The notes: a model not told the origin generated them from the letters alone. 53,581 nucleotides of DNA from Candidatus Micrarchaeia archaeon (GCA_038871515.1 JAVZHX010000005.1:1-53581), one strand, 5' to 3'. Counted from the stretch's first letter, positions 38,524 to 47,409 are shown. Made by a program: numbers and translations.

Positions 38524-38662
38524 TTGTATGGTTCACCATACAAAACTTCATTTTACCATACAAAAAACAAAAGGTTTATATACCCCACCATACAAATACT
38601 AATCATCCAGATGACATCAATCAGGGATGTTTGTATGGTTTACAATACAAAATTTGTATGGT
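38524..38662. repeat. Array of seven 9-bp ACCATACAA/TTGTATGGT boxes (candidate initiator or regulator binding sites)
   Basis: TTGTATGGT at 38524, 38631 and 38654; ACCATACAA at 38535, 38555 and 38587; one-mismatch ACAATACAA at 38642; TTTATATA at 38575-38582. Confidence 0.9.
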
Positions 38663-38668
38663 GAGGGG

Positions 38669-39823
38669 ATGGAAGTAAGTTTAAGGGAGTATGAAAGAAA
38701 GGCATCTGAGTGGTATTCCAAATTTGGGTGGAGAGCTAACCCGCTAGACGCAAAAACAATTCTGCCAAGCCTTATTGTTGGTTTGGAGAAGGAAAGAGAG
38801 ATTCTTTTGCAGTATTTGGTGAACGGCGGAGGTTATACTTTAATAAAAGGACCGGTTGGGGCTGGCAAAACAACCCTTTGCAGATGGCTGGAGGATGAGA
38901 TGGCGAAGAGCTCCCGTTACATATCAATATTTTTTGAGGAACCACCTAAAGAAGTGAGAGATGTTGATTTCAGAATAATAAACTGCATTGAGGAGCGCAC
39001 TCCACTTGCAGCGATACGAAAGCTTTTCGGTTACAAACCCCCTGCGTTTGTCACTCCGGAATATTTGAACGAGAAACTTGAAAAAGAGGGTAAAACTGCT
39101 GTCGTATTCCTTGATGAGGCGCATATATTTGAATCTCAGGAGATAGTTTACAGGATAAGGGATATTGTGGATATGAGCGTGAACTGCAGGCTTATAATTT
39201 CAGGTATTCAAACACAGGAAACAGACGTTGAAGCGCTTCTTCCAGACGCGTTGGTGAACAGAATTTCACCGGCGAATAAGCTTATACTAACAAACTTAAC
39301 AAAGGAGCAGGCGAAAGAGCTTGTGCTGAAGAGAATACAGAGTTTTGGAGGGAAAGGTTTCTCGCCATTTGATGAGAAAGCTGTTGAGCTAGCTTCTGAC
39401 ATATTTGGAGGTGCGCCTAGAAGCTTTCTTTTATTCTTAAGTTATTGCGTGGAGCGAGCGATAAAGGAGGATGTTTACCAAATTGATAAGGAGAAGTTGA
39501 TGAAATACGCAGAGGAGTATGGAGCAATCCCAAAAGTAAAGAAAGAGGAGAAAAAGATTGAGAGGAATGTGCTTGATGAATTTTCAAAAACACAGATTCA
39601 GATAATGAAAATACTTTCAGAGAAACCAATGCAGAGCGTTAAGGAGCTTGCCAATTCATTAAACATAAACGAGGAGCCTGCAAGAACTCAGCTGAAGAGG
39701 ATAAACGCAAAATGCAGGGAGATGGGAATTCAGGATGCGGTTGCTTCAAGGAAGGATGAATCAAGAGGATGTTATGTTTTTTGGCTGAATGACCATGTAG
39801 CGAGGTTGTTTGCCAAAGAGTAG
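38669..39823 (+). CDS. AAA+ ATPase with C-terminal winged helix (Orc1/Cdc6- or ExeA-like)
   Basis: FGWRANP, Walker A GPVGAGKT, Walker B VFLDEAH, ALVNRI (Arg finger), GGAPR (sensor II), wHTH FSKTQIQIMKIL...SVKELANSL. Confidence 0.78.
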   Translation: MEVSLREYERKASEWYSKFGWRANPLDAKTILPSLIVGLEKEREILLQYLVNGGGYTLIKGPVGAGKTTLCRWLEDEMAKSSRYISIFFEEPPKEVRDVDFRIINCIEERTPLAAIRKLFGYKPPAFVTPEYLNEKLEKEGKTAVVFLDEAHIFESQEIVYRIRDIVDMSVNCRLIISGIQTQETDVEALLPDALVNRISPANKLILTNLTKEQAKELVLKRIQSFGGKGFSPFDEKAVELASDIFGGAPRSFLLFLSYCVERAIKEDVYQIDKEKLMKYAEEYGAIPKVKKEEKKIERNVLDEFSKTQIQIMKILSEKPMQSVKELANSLNINEEPARTQLKRINAKCREMGIQDAVASRKDESRGCYVFWLNDHVARLFAKE

Positions 39824-39824
39824 A

Positions 39825-39864
39825 GGAAGCTCGGAGCATTTGATCGCCGATGACCCGAGCTTCC
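39825..39864. other. GC-rich hairpin immediately after the ATPase stop
   Basis: GGAAGCTCGG (39825-39834) pairs with CCGAGCTTCC (39855-39864), with further CAT/ATG pairing inside. Confidence 0.7.
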
Positions 39865-39884
39865 CTCAAACGGAGTTGATTGAG

Positions 39885-40046
39885 ATGGAAGTTGGGAAGA
39901 TGTTGTATAAAAACATTTCGGAAATATTTGAGAACAAGAATGTATCTCTGGAGTTTGAGTTCAAAAATGACAGAGTGATAATGAAGGTGGAGAGCCTTCC
40001 AGCGAAGGAAAGAGAGGATGTATACGCTGGAATAAAAAGCATCTAG
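39885..40046 (+). CDS. Small hypothetical protein (~53 aa)
   Basis: ATG 39885 after GGAG; coding-like composition; start uncertain. Confidence 0.45.
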   Translation: MEVGKMLYKNISEIFENKNVSLEFEFKNDRVIMKVESLPAKEREDVYAGIKSI

Positions 40047-41125
40047 CCACTTTTACATGCGATGTACTGAATTGCTGAAACGCAGTTTGTCTGCAAGCTT
40101 GAGTTCATATTATCTGCCAGTGCAGAGGTTATTGTTGTATCCTTCCATTGATACGTTGTGGCGTTTGTGCTGAGGTCAACTGTTATTTCAAGCACATCGC
40201 TAGTTGGACAGCAGGAAGTTCCGTTGAAAGTATAGGAGTAGGTTACCTTGAATCTTGAGGAGGATAGCTTATTGCTTCTTATTGAAATGTAAGGAATACA
40301 TTGCTTATACGCACTGCTTCCTCCGGGGCACTCCCGTGCAGTTTCAAAGAGCGCAGAGAACCTTCCAATCAGTTTTCCTTGCTCTGTTGAGTTTGCTTTC
40401 TCCTCCGCAGCAAGCGCGGTGTAGATGCTTGTCTGAACGCAGGAGTGAATAGTTGTGTTGCATATTTCTCCTGAACTGCAATCGGAGTTTGAAAGGCAGC
40501 ACTTTCCAGATACGCAGCAGTAGCCGTTGCTACAATGATTGGACTGGCAGTCTGAGTTGGAGTTACAGGGTGAACCATCTGAAAGTAAAGCTGGGGTGAA
40601 ACAACTGAATATTGTTGTATTGCACTTTCCAACTGAGCAGTTGGCATCTGAAACACAGCACATGCCAGAGGAACAACAATACCCGTTGCTGCAGTAATTT
40701 GATTGACAGTCTGAGTTAGCAAAGCAGACTGCACCGTTCTGTTTTTTACCTACTGAACTTGTTGGTGCTTGCTCCCTTGAAAGCGAAATTGTGAATTTCG
40801 CATAACCCTCTTCAATGTTGTTCAAAGTTAAGAAAACAGTTCCTCCTTTCAATAAAATCTGCTCTGTTTGCCCCGGTGTGAGAGTAAATGATTTTCCATC
40901 AATTTTCAAAGTGGCTGCCCTTGCAGCAACACTGCTCACAAATATTTTGTGAGTTGTTGTTGAATCGCCAACAACTAATTTAAAGCTCTCCTGCCATCCT
41001 TCCTTCATCGTGAAGTTTTTTGAGGTTGTGATAACGGGGGCTTCTCCCTCGCCCAACATAGGTGTTGAGTAGCACCCCAAAAGAAGAAGGGAGATGAAAA
41101 TTGTCGTCGCAAGCATTGCTTTCAT
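40043..41125 (-). CDS. Cys-rich lipoprotein with two tandem Dickkopf-like Cys repeats
   Basis: LLLLGC lipobox; GxxCxxNSDCQSNxCSNGYCC..G.CC...C....CNTTI.SC occurs twice. Confidence 0.72.
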   Translation of the reverse strand: MKAMLATTIFISLLLLGCYSTPMLGEGEAPVITTSKNFTMKEGWQESFKLVVGDSTTTHKIFVSSVAARAATLKIDGKSFTLTPGQTEQILLKGGTVFLTLNNIEEGYAKFTISLSREQAPTSSVGKKQNGAVCFANSDCQSNYCSNGYCCSSGMCCVSDANCSVGKCNTTIFSCFTPALLSDGSPCNSNSDCQSNHCSNGYCCVSGKCCLSNSDCSSGEICNTTIHSCVQTSIYTALAAEEKANSTEQGKLIGRFSALFETARECPGGSSAYKQCIPYISIRSNKLSSSRFKVTYSYTFNGTSCCPTSDVLEITVDLSTNATTYQWKDTTITSALADNMNSSLQTNCVSAIQYIACKSG

Positions 41126-41217
41126 GAGCTTCTTTTAGTGAGGAGTAATATAAATGTTTATCTGCGGTTTTTGTAGAAATATATAAATAGAGTGGTAATT
41201 AAACTAAAAATGATTAA

Positions 41218-41922
41218 ATGGAAGGCATACCATACCTGCGAGTGGTTTTGACAGCTTTGCCTCTCCTTGCATTTATAGTTAACCTATCCTTTGGAGTTTT
41301 CATGTTCAGGAGGAGAAAGCTGTTGGTAAACCGTCTTTTTGCACTTCTCATGTTCTCGTTCTGTTGGTGGAACATAGGGGAGTTTGCGCTGAGGCTCGCG
41401 AATGCAAAATCCCAGGCAATTCTCATAATGAAAATGATAAACATCGCCACTCCTTGTATACCCTCAATTGCTTTGATGTTTGTCATGGCGTTGGAAAACC
41501 AACGCCCTTCAAGAAGGCAGATTGCCTTCATGGTTCTCGCACCACTTATTTTCATTTTCATGAGTTTAGCTGGATGGCTTGTGAGCGATGTTTCCCTCAG
41601 GTTTGATGTTTACATGCTGCCTGAAATGAGCTTCAATTTAAACAATGGTTATATTTACTTCACTGTTTACATGTTTGCTTTCACATCTTATGTTGTTTAC
41701 AGGTTGTTTCTGTTTTATAAAAAGTGTGAGAATGAGATGGTGAAGAAGAGAATAAGGTATATGATTGCTGGTGTTTTCATCACCAGTGCTATAACGTTTA
41801 TAACGGAGTTTCTGGTGCCATTAGTTCTGCTGAAAATTGGTATTGATTTACCAAGCTTGGGAAGTTTCTCAACGATATTCCTTACGTCATTAACTTACTA
41901 CAGCGTTAGAGGTAGAGGGTAA
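41218..41922 (+). CDS. Stand-alone 7TM sensor domain (HisKA_7TM-like)
   Basis: Seven hydrophobic helices, NRLFALL...WNIGEF, KKRIRYMIAG; no kinase domain follows. Confidence 0.72.
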   Translation: MEGIPYLRVVLTALPLLAFIVNLSFGVFMFRRRKLLVNRLFALLMFSFCWWNIGEFALRLANAKSQAILIMKMINIATPCIPSIALMFVMALENQRPSRRQIAFMVLAPLIFIFMSLAGWLVSDVSLRFDVYMLPEMSFNLNNGYIYFTVYMFAFTSYVVYRLFLFYKKCENEMVKKRIRYMIAGVFITSAITFITEFLVPLVLLKIGIDLPSLGSFSTIFLTSLTYYSVRGRG

Positions 41923-42515
41923 TGGAAGTAGAAGAGTTATATAACATACTGAAGGAGAAGCTGATGAAGAGCGAGCTAGAGGAAGCAGTGTCAATAACTA
42001 CTTCCGTAGACCTCCCCAAGCTTGATTTGGCATTATTCAGATTCCTGATTCAGGATAAGGGAATGAAAGGAATAATCACGTGCATAAACAGACCACATAC
42101 CTACTACGCAAGACTTCTCAGCACAAACGGCATGAATCCGGAGGAGCTTTATTACGTTGATGCATGCAGTCCAATCTTGCATACTCCTTCGGAGTCATTC
42201 TTCCTTGACACGGATAAACCTGAAAGGAATGTTTGGTTTGTCCGAGATATTTCGGATTTGAGTTTTCTCCAGATAGAGTTGTACGAAGTTGCAAAAAGAT
42301 TAGTGAGCGCTTCAAAGGGGAAGAGAGGTTTCCTGCTTCTTGAGGGGCTGGCTTCTCTAGGGCTTTATAATGACCCAACATCGCTTGGGAAATTCCTGCA
42401 TGATTTGAGCATACGGGCAAGGTCGTTCCATATTTATATGGTTATCATAATGGAGAAAAACGATGCGCTGAGCAATTTGATAAGAACTATTTGCGATAAT
42501 AACTATGAAATCTAG
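41922..42515 (+). CDS. Inactivated KaiC/RecA-like ATPase (DUF835-like)
   Basis: GIITCINRP, YYVDACS, DLSFLQ, FLLLEGLASLGLYND...KFLHDL, ICD; no Walker A; overlaps the upstream stop (TAATG). Confidence 0.68.
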   Translation: MEVEELYNILKEKLMKSELEEAVSITTSVDLPKLDLALFRFLIQDKGMKGIITCINRPHTYYARLLSTNGMNPEELYYVDACSPILHTPSESFFLDTDKPERNVWFVRDISDLSFLQIELYEVAKRLVSASKGKRGFLLLEGLASLGLYNDPTSLGKFLHDLSIRARSFHIYMVIIMEKNDALSNLIRTICDNNYEI

Positions 42516-42574
42516 TTAAGGAGGAGTATATCCATTATAGTTAAATATATAAATAATAATGGATAAATTTTATT

Positions 42575-42973
42575 ATGAATTTAGGTATATGGGTTAATGG
42601 AAATGAAAAATTCGGTGAAGAGCTGAAAAGGAGGCTTGAGCCATTTGAAAAGGAAATGAAAGTTTTAGAAAAGGAAATTTCAAAGTTTCATAAAAAAAGA
42701 ATAGGTTCAAGGGAGTATTGGTACAAAGTTGGAGGTAGAAGCGGTGTATGGGAGTATGTATGCCCAGCCGACACAAACCCAATCAGAGACGTGGAGGAGA
42801 AGCTTCAAAAGCTGAAGGGAAAAATAAACAAGGTAGAGGTTCAGCTGAACAGCGCTGTTGTTAAGGTGCTTGGTAAACATCTTGTTATTGATTTAGATAA
42901 ACTGACACCCTCTGATGGCGATGTTATAAGCTTCATTGAGTTGTACAGAGTGCTAAGAGAAATGAAAAAATAA
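42575..42973 (+). CDS. Hypothetical coiled-coil protein with aromatic beta-hairpin
   Basis: 132-aa ORF after an AT-rich TATA-containing spacer; KKRIGSREYWYK...WEYV segment between heptad helices. Confidence 0.6.
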   Translation: MNLGIWVNGNEKFGEELKRRLEPFEKEMKVLEKEISKFHKKRIGSREYWYKVGGRSGVWEYVCPADTNPIRDVEEKLQKLKGKINKVEVQLNSAVVKVLGKHLVIDLDKLTPSDGDVISFIELYRVLREMKK

Positions 42974-43411
42974 TCAGGAGGGGAGCTGGTTTCCTGGGAG
43001 GAGCAACCAAATGAGAAGTAGCACTCCAAGCGCAAGAATTGCCATCCCAACGTAAAAGAGGTTTGTTCTTGTTTTCGTTGTAATTTTCGCCAGCTTCAGC
43101 TGGTAAACCTGAGTTGGCACACCAACAACCAAACCACCAGCAATAAGGAGTATCACCGCAATCCATATCCAGAATGGTGGCGAGGGTGGGATGGAGGAGA
43201 ATTTTATAATCATTGATGGCGTATTCAGTATGGTAAAAACGCTTATCAAAAAAAGAATTAAACCTATTGCGATTCCAACAACTGAAAGAAGCCATAGGTT
43301 TTTGGCTGTTTTTATTCTCACAACTTCAAGAAGGTTGCCATTCCAAGCAAAAACACCTGCAATTGATGATACCATTATCACAACCAAGCTGAACCACAGC
43401 ACCCAGAACAT
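42974..43411 (-). CDS. Hypothetical four-TM membrane protein
   Basis: Four hydrophobic segments; ATG 43411 after GGTGGTG. Confidence 0.6.
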   Translation of the reverse strand: MFWVLWFSLVVIMVSSIAGVFAWNGNLLEVVRIKTAKNLWLLSVVGIAIGLILFLISVFTILNTPSMIIKFSSIPPSPPFWIWIAVILLIAGGLVVGVPTQVYQLKLAKITTKTRTNLFYVGMAILALGVLLLIWLLLPGNQLPS

Positions 43412-43515
43412 AACACCACCCAAAGCTTTTTTATAAGATGGATAATTTAAACTTTTCCGTTAAACAGGAATGTTTTTATATTGGAGTTGAATAATCTAAT
43501 ACGGAGGGTGGATGT

Positions 43516-43770
43516 ATGGATAAGAAACCGGTGGGGAAGGTAACCCATTTCTTCAACAAGATAAGCGTTGCTGTGGTGGATTTGACGGATGAGCTAAGAA
43601 ATGGAGATAGAATTTCAATAGAGGGTCCGGCAGGAGTGGTTGAGCAGGTTGTCGACTCGATGCAAATAAACAAGGAACCTGTTGAGAGAGCAGGAGCTGG
43701 GCAGTCAATTGGTTTGAAAGTAAGTTCAAGAGTGAGAGAAGGCGATGTGGTATATGTGCTGACTGAGTGA
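43516..43770 (+). CDS. Translation-factor-like beta-barrel protein (U32 C-terminal-like)
   Basis: VGKVTHFFNKISVAVV.L...L..GD.I...QxVDSMQI...GQSIGLKV...VREGD.VY. Confidence 0.8.
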   Translation: MDKKPVGKVTHFFNKISVAVVDLTDELRNGDRISIEGPAGVVEQVVDSMQINKEPVERAGAGQSIGLKVSSRVREGDVVYVLTE

Positions 43771-44304
43771 TTATTTTTTTGAAGGAGTTAGCACAAACTC
43801 GCAGTAAGAGTCTCCCATTGCAATGCATTTTGTTTCTTCGCAGTCATACTCCTCGTTATATGCTTCACTTGCTATTCCAGCAAGTATTCCCTGCGTGAAT
43901 GAGCATACTGGAAGGGAGGAGCGCTCGTGTGTTCTTGCGTTTATGTTGTTGCTTATTCTCACAACAACTCGCTTTTCTTCAAAAAGAATGCTTTCAACCA
44001 CTCCCAACCCATAATCGCTCCAAAGTGGTTGAATCTGCCGTATTAGTTCATTTCTTCCCCAACCGAATTTTTTCATAATCGCTCCAACTTCTGACTTTGA
44101 GAGAAGGTTTTTGAAGTATTCCCCTCCAGCTTTTTTACATGCTCTGTAGATTTTTGCATGTGTTATCAAACCCCCCTCTCTTTCAAATTCAGAAAGCAGA
44201 GCGTTGAGGAGAAACTCATCAAGGAATACGTGCCTCATCCCAAACAGCACTATCTCTCCCTTCTGCCTGTTGAATGTGAGCTCCTTTGGTAAACCTATCT
44301 CCAT
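43771..44304 (-). CDS. V4R (4-vinyl reductase) ligand-binding domain protein
   Basis: GEIVLFGMRHV, YGLG, PVCSFTQGILAG, EETKCIAMGDSYCEF. Confidence 0.88.
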   Translation of the reverse strand: MEIGLPKELTFNRQKGEIVLFGMRHVFLDEFLLNALLSEFEREGGLITHAKIYRACKKAGGEYFKNLLSKSEVGAIMKKFGWGRNELIRQIQPLWSDYGLGVVESILFEEKRVVVRISNNINARTHERSSLPVCSFTQGILAGIASEAYNEEYDCEETKCIAMGDSYCEFVLTPSKK

Positions 44305-44353
44305 TCAACCACTTTCAGATATATTTTTAAGGGATGGGCAGTTTATTATAATT

Positions 44354-44761
44354 ATGCTGAAAGCTCAGGTAAGCATTGAATACGCAGCCGTCCTCGTGCT
44401 GTTCCTCATCGTGCTTGTGCCAGTTCTTTACATTGGGATGATGGATATACAGATATCCGGGCAGGTTTCCCAGGCAAGAGTTGCGGTGGATGCAATTGCC
44501 GATTCTGCAGATAGGGTTTATGCGCAGGGGCCTGGAGCAACTACAACTGTTGAAATTTATCTTCCTGCGGGGGTTGAAAGTGCTGGCTTCACTGGACGAG
44601 AGGTGAATATTAAACTCAACCTTCCAACTGGAGGAACAACTGATGTTTATGCGCTTGCAAGGGGCAACTTAACTGGAGTTATGCCAACCCTCCCTGGGAG
44701 GCATGTGCTTGTGCTGAAAATGAATTCAACCGGTGTTGTTGAGATTAGGGAGGTTACCTGA
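44354..44761 (+). CDS. Pilin-like protein (class III signal peptide)
   Basis: MLKA|QVSIEY plus hydrophobic helix; ADRVYAQGPGA motif. Confidence 0.82.
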   Translation: MLKAQVSIEYAAVLVLFLIVLVPVLYIGMMDIQISGQVSQARVAVDAIADSADRVYAQGPGATTTVEIYLPAGVESAGFTGREVNIKLNLPTGGTTDVYALARGNLTGVMPTLPGRHVLVLKMNSTGVVEIREVT

Positions 44762-45183
44762 TGAGAGGACAGGCTGCTGTGGAGTTCATGATATGCGTGA
44801 TATTCCTTGTTTTCATTATGGTAGTTTTCACTGCTTATGCTGGCGGTAAGGAGTTTGAGAGGTGGAATGCAAATTCAAAAATGGAAGCTGAGAAGATATG
44901 CTGGCAGCTTGCGAATTTGATAAACACCGCGATGTATACGAGAGGTTACTACGCGGAGTTCAGCTTGCCTATGAAAATTGATGGTAAGGAGTATAATGTG
45001 ACTGTGACAAATACTACTGTGATTGTTGATTACGAGCAACACAGCTGCATTTACAGGATAGCTGTCACTGAAATAAAGTTTAGAACACAAAGCGCTCCAT
45101 TCAACCTTTGTGGAGGGCAGTATTACATAAATAACACCAATGATAAATTGTTCATTTCAAACAGAAGTTTTGTTCAATGCTGA
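44761..45183 (+). CDS. Pilin-like protein (class III signal peptide)
   Basis: MRG|QAAVEF plus hydrophobic helix; TGATG coupling to the previous gene. Confidence 0.82.
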   Translation: MRGQAAVEFMICVIFLVFIMVVFTAYAGGKEFERWNANSKMEAEKICWQLANLINTAMYTRGYYAEFSLPMKIDGKEYNVTVTNTTVIVDYEQHSCIYRIAVTEIKFRTQSAPFNLCGGQYYINNTNDKLFISNRSFVQC

Positions 45184-45220
45184 TGCAATAGGCATATAAA
45201 CCAGAATTCATAAAGTAGAA

Positions 45221-45904
45221 ATGAGTGGTGCGATGGTGAAGAAAAAGGAGGAGGAAGCTGCACAGGAAGAAGTTTCTGAGAGAGTTGAAACGATAATAGA
45301 TAGACTGCTGGAATACGTGCAGAAGAAAGGGAAGATTGATGTGAAGGAGGCAGCAAGCGCAATGGCGCTTGAGAAGGATCAGGTTGAGGAGCTTGCAGAG
45401 GTGCTCAGGGAAAGCGGAATGATAGATGTTAACTACACCCTGCTTGGCACATTCCTTATTGCAAAGGAGGTGCCGAAGGAGAAACCAAAAACGGAGGAGA
45501 AAGCAAAAGAAAGGGGAACAATGGCTAGCATGATAGTCAGCATTGATAAGGATTTGAGGGAGTCGCACAAAAGCTTTGAGTTTGTTGAGCAGAATATAAG
45601 GAAGAGGTTGGATAAGGATGAGGCGCTTGTAAACGAGCTTGAAAGCAAAGTAAGAGATGTTTCAATCGCGGATATGGAGTATCTTCTCAGGGAGGCAAAG
45701 GAGCTGAAGGTTGTTACAAAACACCTCAGAAAGGATATACGGGGTTTGAAGAGAAAGGTTGCTGATTTCTATGATAAGGTGAAGAAACTGGAAGTTGAAA
45801 CAATGAAGGCTGAGGCTGAGAGGCTTGGGCCGAGGAAGCCATGGTACCACCCAATTTCCATGTTCTTCACAAGAGTGAAAAACACGTTTAAGGTGAGAGG
45901 ATGA
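45221..45904 (+). CDS. Winged-helix plus coiled-coil protein in pilus operon
   Basis: ETIIDRLLEYV..KG.I.V.EAA..M..E..QVEELAEVL.ESGMIDVNY followed by heptad repeats; start may be 45233. Confidence 0.65.
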   Translation: MSGAMVKKKEEEAAQEEVSERVETIIDRLLEYVQKKGKIDVKEAASAMALEKDQVEELAEVLRESGMIDVNYTLLGTFLIAKEVPKEKPKTEEKAKERGTMASMIVSIDKDLRESHKSFEFVEQNIRKRLDKDEALVNELESKVRDVSIADMEYLLREAKELKVVTKHLRKDIRGLKRKVADFYDKVKKLEVETMKAEAERLGPRKPWYHPISMFFTRVKNTFKVRG

Positions 45905-47409
45905 AAATACTTGATAAATACATGGTAATGAGTGAGAATGTTCCTGCTGAAATTACGATAAGCGAGAAGTTTGAGGAGTATGTGAACACGTATGAAGTGA
46001 AACAGGTGAGGGTGAGCAAGGCAACTGAAGTTATGCTGCAGCATTTGAAGGAAATGGTGATAAGCAATGTTGAAATTAAAGTTTCAGAAATACTTGACCC
46101 AAATGAAGTGGAGAATATAAAGAGGAAGTTCAGAGAGAAGGCGCAGGAGCTTGTAAGCAAGGAGATAACCGATGTGAGCCCAAAGGAGAGGGATGTGCTG
46201 ATAGGCAAGCTCATACACGATATGCTTGGTTTGGGTGATTTGGAGCTGTTGCTTGCTGATAATGAGCTTGAGGAGATAGTTGTTAACTCCTCCAAAGAGC
46301 CAGTTTGGGTTTACCACAAGAGGTTTGGCTGGCTGAAAACAAATATTATGATAAAAAGCGAGGAGCAGATAGCAAACTACGCTTCAATTGTTGCAAGAAG
46401 AGTGGGAAGGCAGATAACGAATCTGAATCCATTGATGGATGCCCACCTCACAACAGGTGACAGAGTTAACGCAGTTGTGTTTCCAATTTCAACAAAGGGA
46501 AACTGCTTGACAATAAGAAAGTTCGCAAAGAACCCATGGACAATCATTCATATGCTTGACCCATCAATAAAAACGCTGAATGTTGATGTCGCTGCGCTTA
46601 TTTGGATGTGCGTGCAGTATGAGATGAACATGATAATAAGTGGAGGAACTGCAAGCGGAAAGACTTCTTTTCTGAACGCAATTCTTGTTTTCACTCCTCC
46701 AAATCAGAGGGTTATTTCAATTGAGGATACGCGTGAGTTGTATCTGCCGGAATTCTTGAACTGGACGCCTATGACAACAAGGTTGCCAAACCCAGAGGGA
46801 AAAGGAGAGGTAACTATGTTGGATTTGATGGTTAACTCCCTCAGAATGAGGCCTGACAGAATTGTGCTTGGAGAGATGAGGAGGCAGAGGGAAGCGGAAG
46901 TGCTTTTTGAGGCGATGCACACTGGGCATGCGGTTTATGCGACGCTGCACGCAGATGATGCAAAGCAGACAAGAAACAGATTGATAACACCGCCAATAAA
47001 CCTTCCAGAAAGCATGCTTGGCGCGTTGCACCTGATAGTTGTCCAGTACAGGCAGAGGAGAACAGGTATAAGGAGAACGTTTGAGATTGCGGAGCTTGTT
47101 CCGCAGGAGAATAAAGCATTTGTGAACAAGCTTTTTGGGTGGGATGCGAGAGAGGATAGGATAGTAAAAAGCGGTGAGTATGTTAGGTTAATGGATGAGC
47201 TGAGTCTGTTCACTGGGATGAATAACAAGGAAATAAATGCAGATATGGAGGATAGGAAGAGAATGCTGAACTACATGCTGAAGAATAAAATTTATGATGT
47301 GAATGACGTTGGGAAGGTTGTCGCAGCATTCTACAGGGATAAAGATAAGGTGCTGGAGATGGTGAAGAAGAATGCGGAACCTGATAAAATAATGGAGAGG
47401 GCTGGTTAG
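45901..47409 (+). CDS. Type IV pilus assembly ATPase (CpaF/VirB11/FlaI family)
   Basis: LEEIVVN, GDRVNA, TIRKF, GGTASGKTS, SIEDTREL, SLRMRPDRIVLGEMR, AMHTGH..ATLHA. Confidence 0.93.
   Translation: MKILDKYMVMSENVPAEITISEKFEEYVNTYEVKQVRVSKATEVMLQHLKEMVISNVEIKVSEILDPNEVENIKRKFREKAQELVSKEITDVSPKERDVLIGKLIHDMLGLGDLELLLADNELEEIVVNSSKEPVWVYHKRFGWLKTNIMIKSEEQIANYASIVARRVGRQITNLNPLMDAHLTTGDRVNAVVFPISTKGNCLTIRKFAKNPWTIIHMLDPSIKTLNVDVAALIWMCVQYEMNMIISGGTASGKTSFLNAILVFTPPNQRVISIEDTRELYLPEFLNWTPMTTRLPNPEGKGEVTMLDLMVNSLRMRPDRIVLGEMRRQREAEVLFEAMHTGHAVYATLHADDAKQTRNRLITPPINLPESMLGALHLIVVQYRQRRTGIRRTFEIAELVPQENKAFVNKLFGWDAREDRIVKSGEYVRLMDELSLFTGMNNKEINADMEDRKRMLNYMLKNKIYDVNDVGKVVAAFYRDKDKVLEMVKKNAEPDKIMERAG

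Noticed and set aside
38524..38662. CRISPR array or canonical ORB elements
   Set aside because: Units are 9-10 bp, in both orientations and irregularly spaced; there are no cas genes and no ORB consensus or G-string.
42575..42973. Integrase or mobile-element DNA-binding protein suggested by the YWY hairpin
   Set aside because: The resemblance is vague, with no catalytic domain and no other mobile-element genes nearby.
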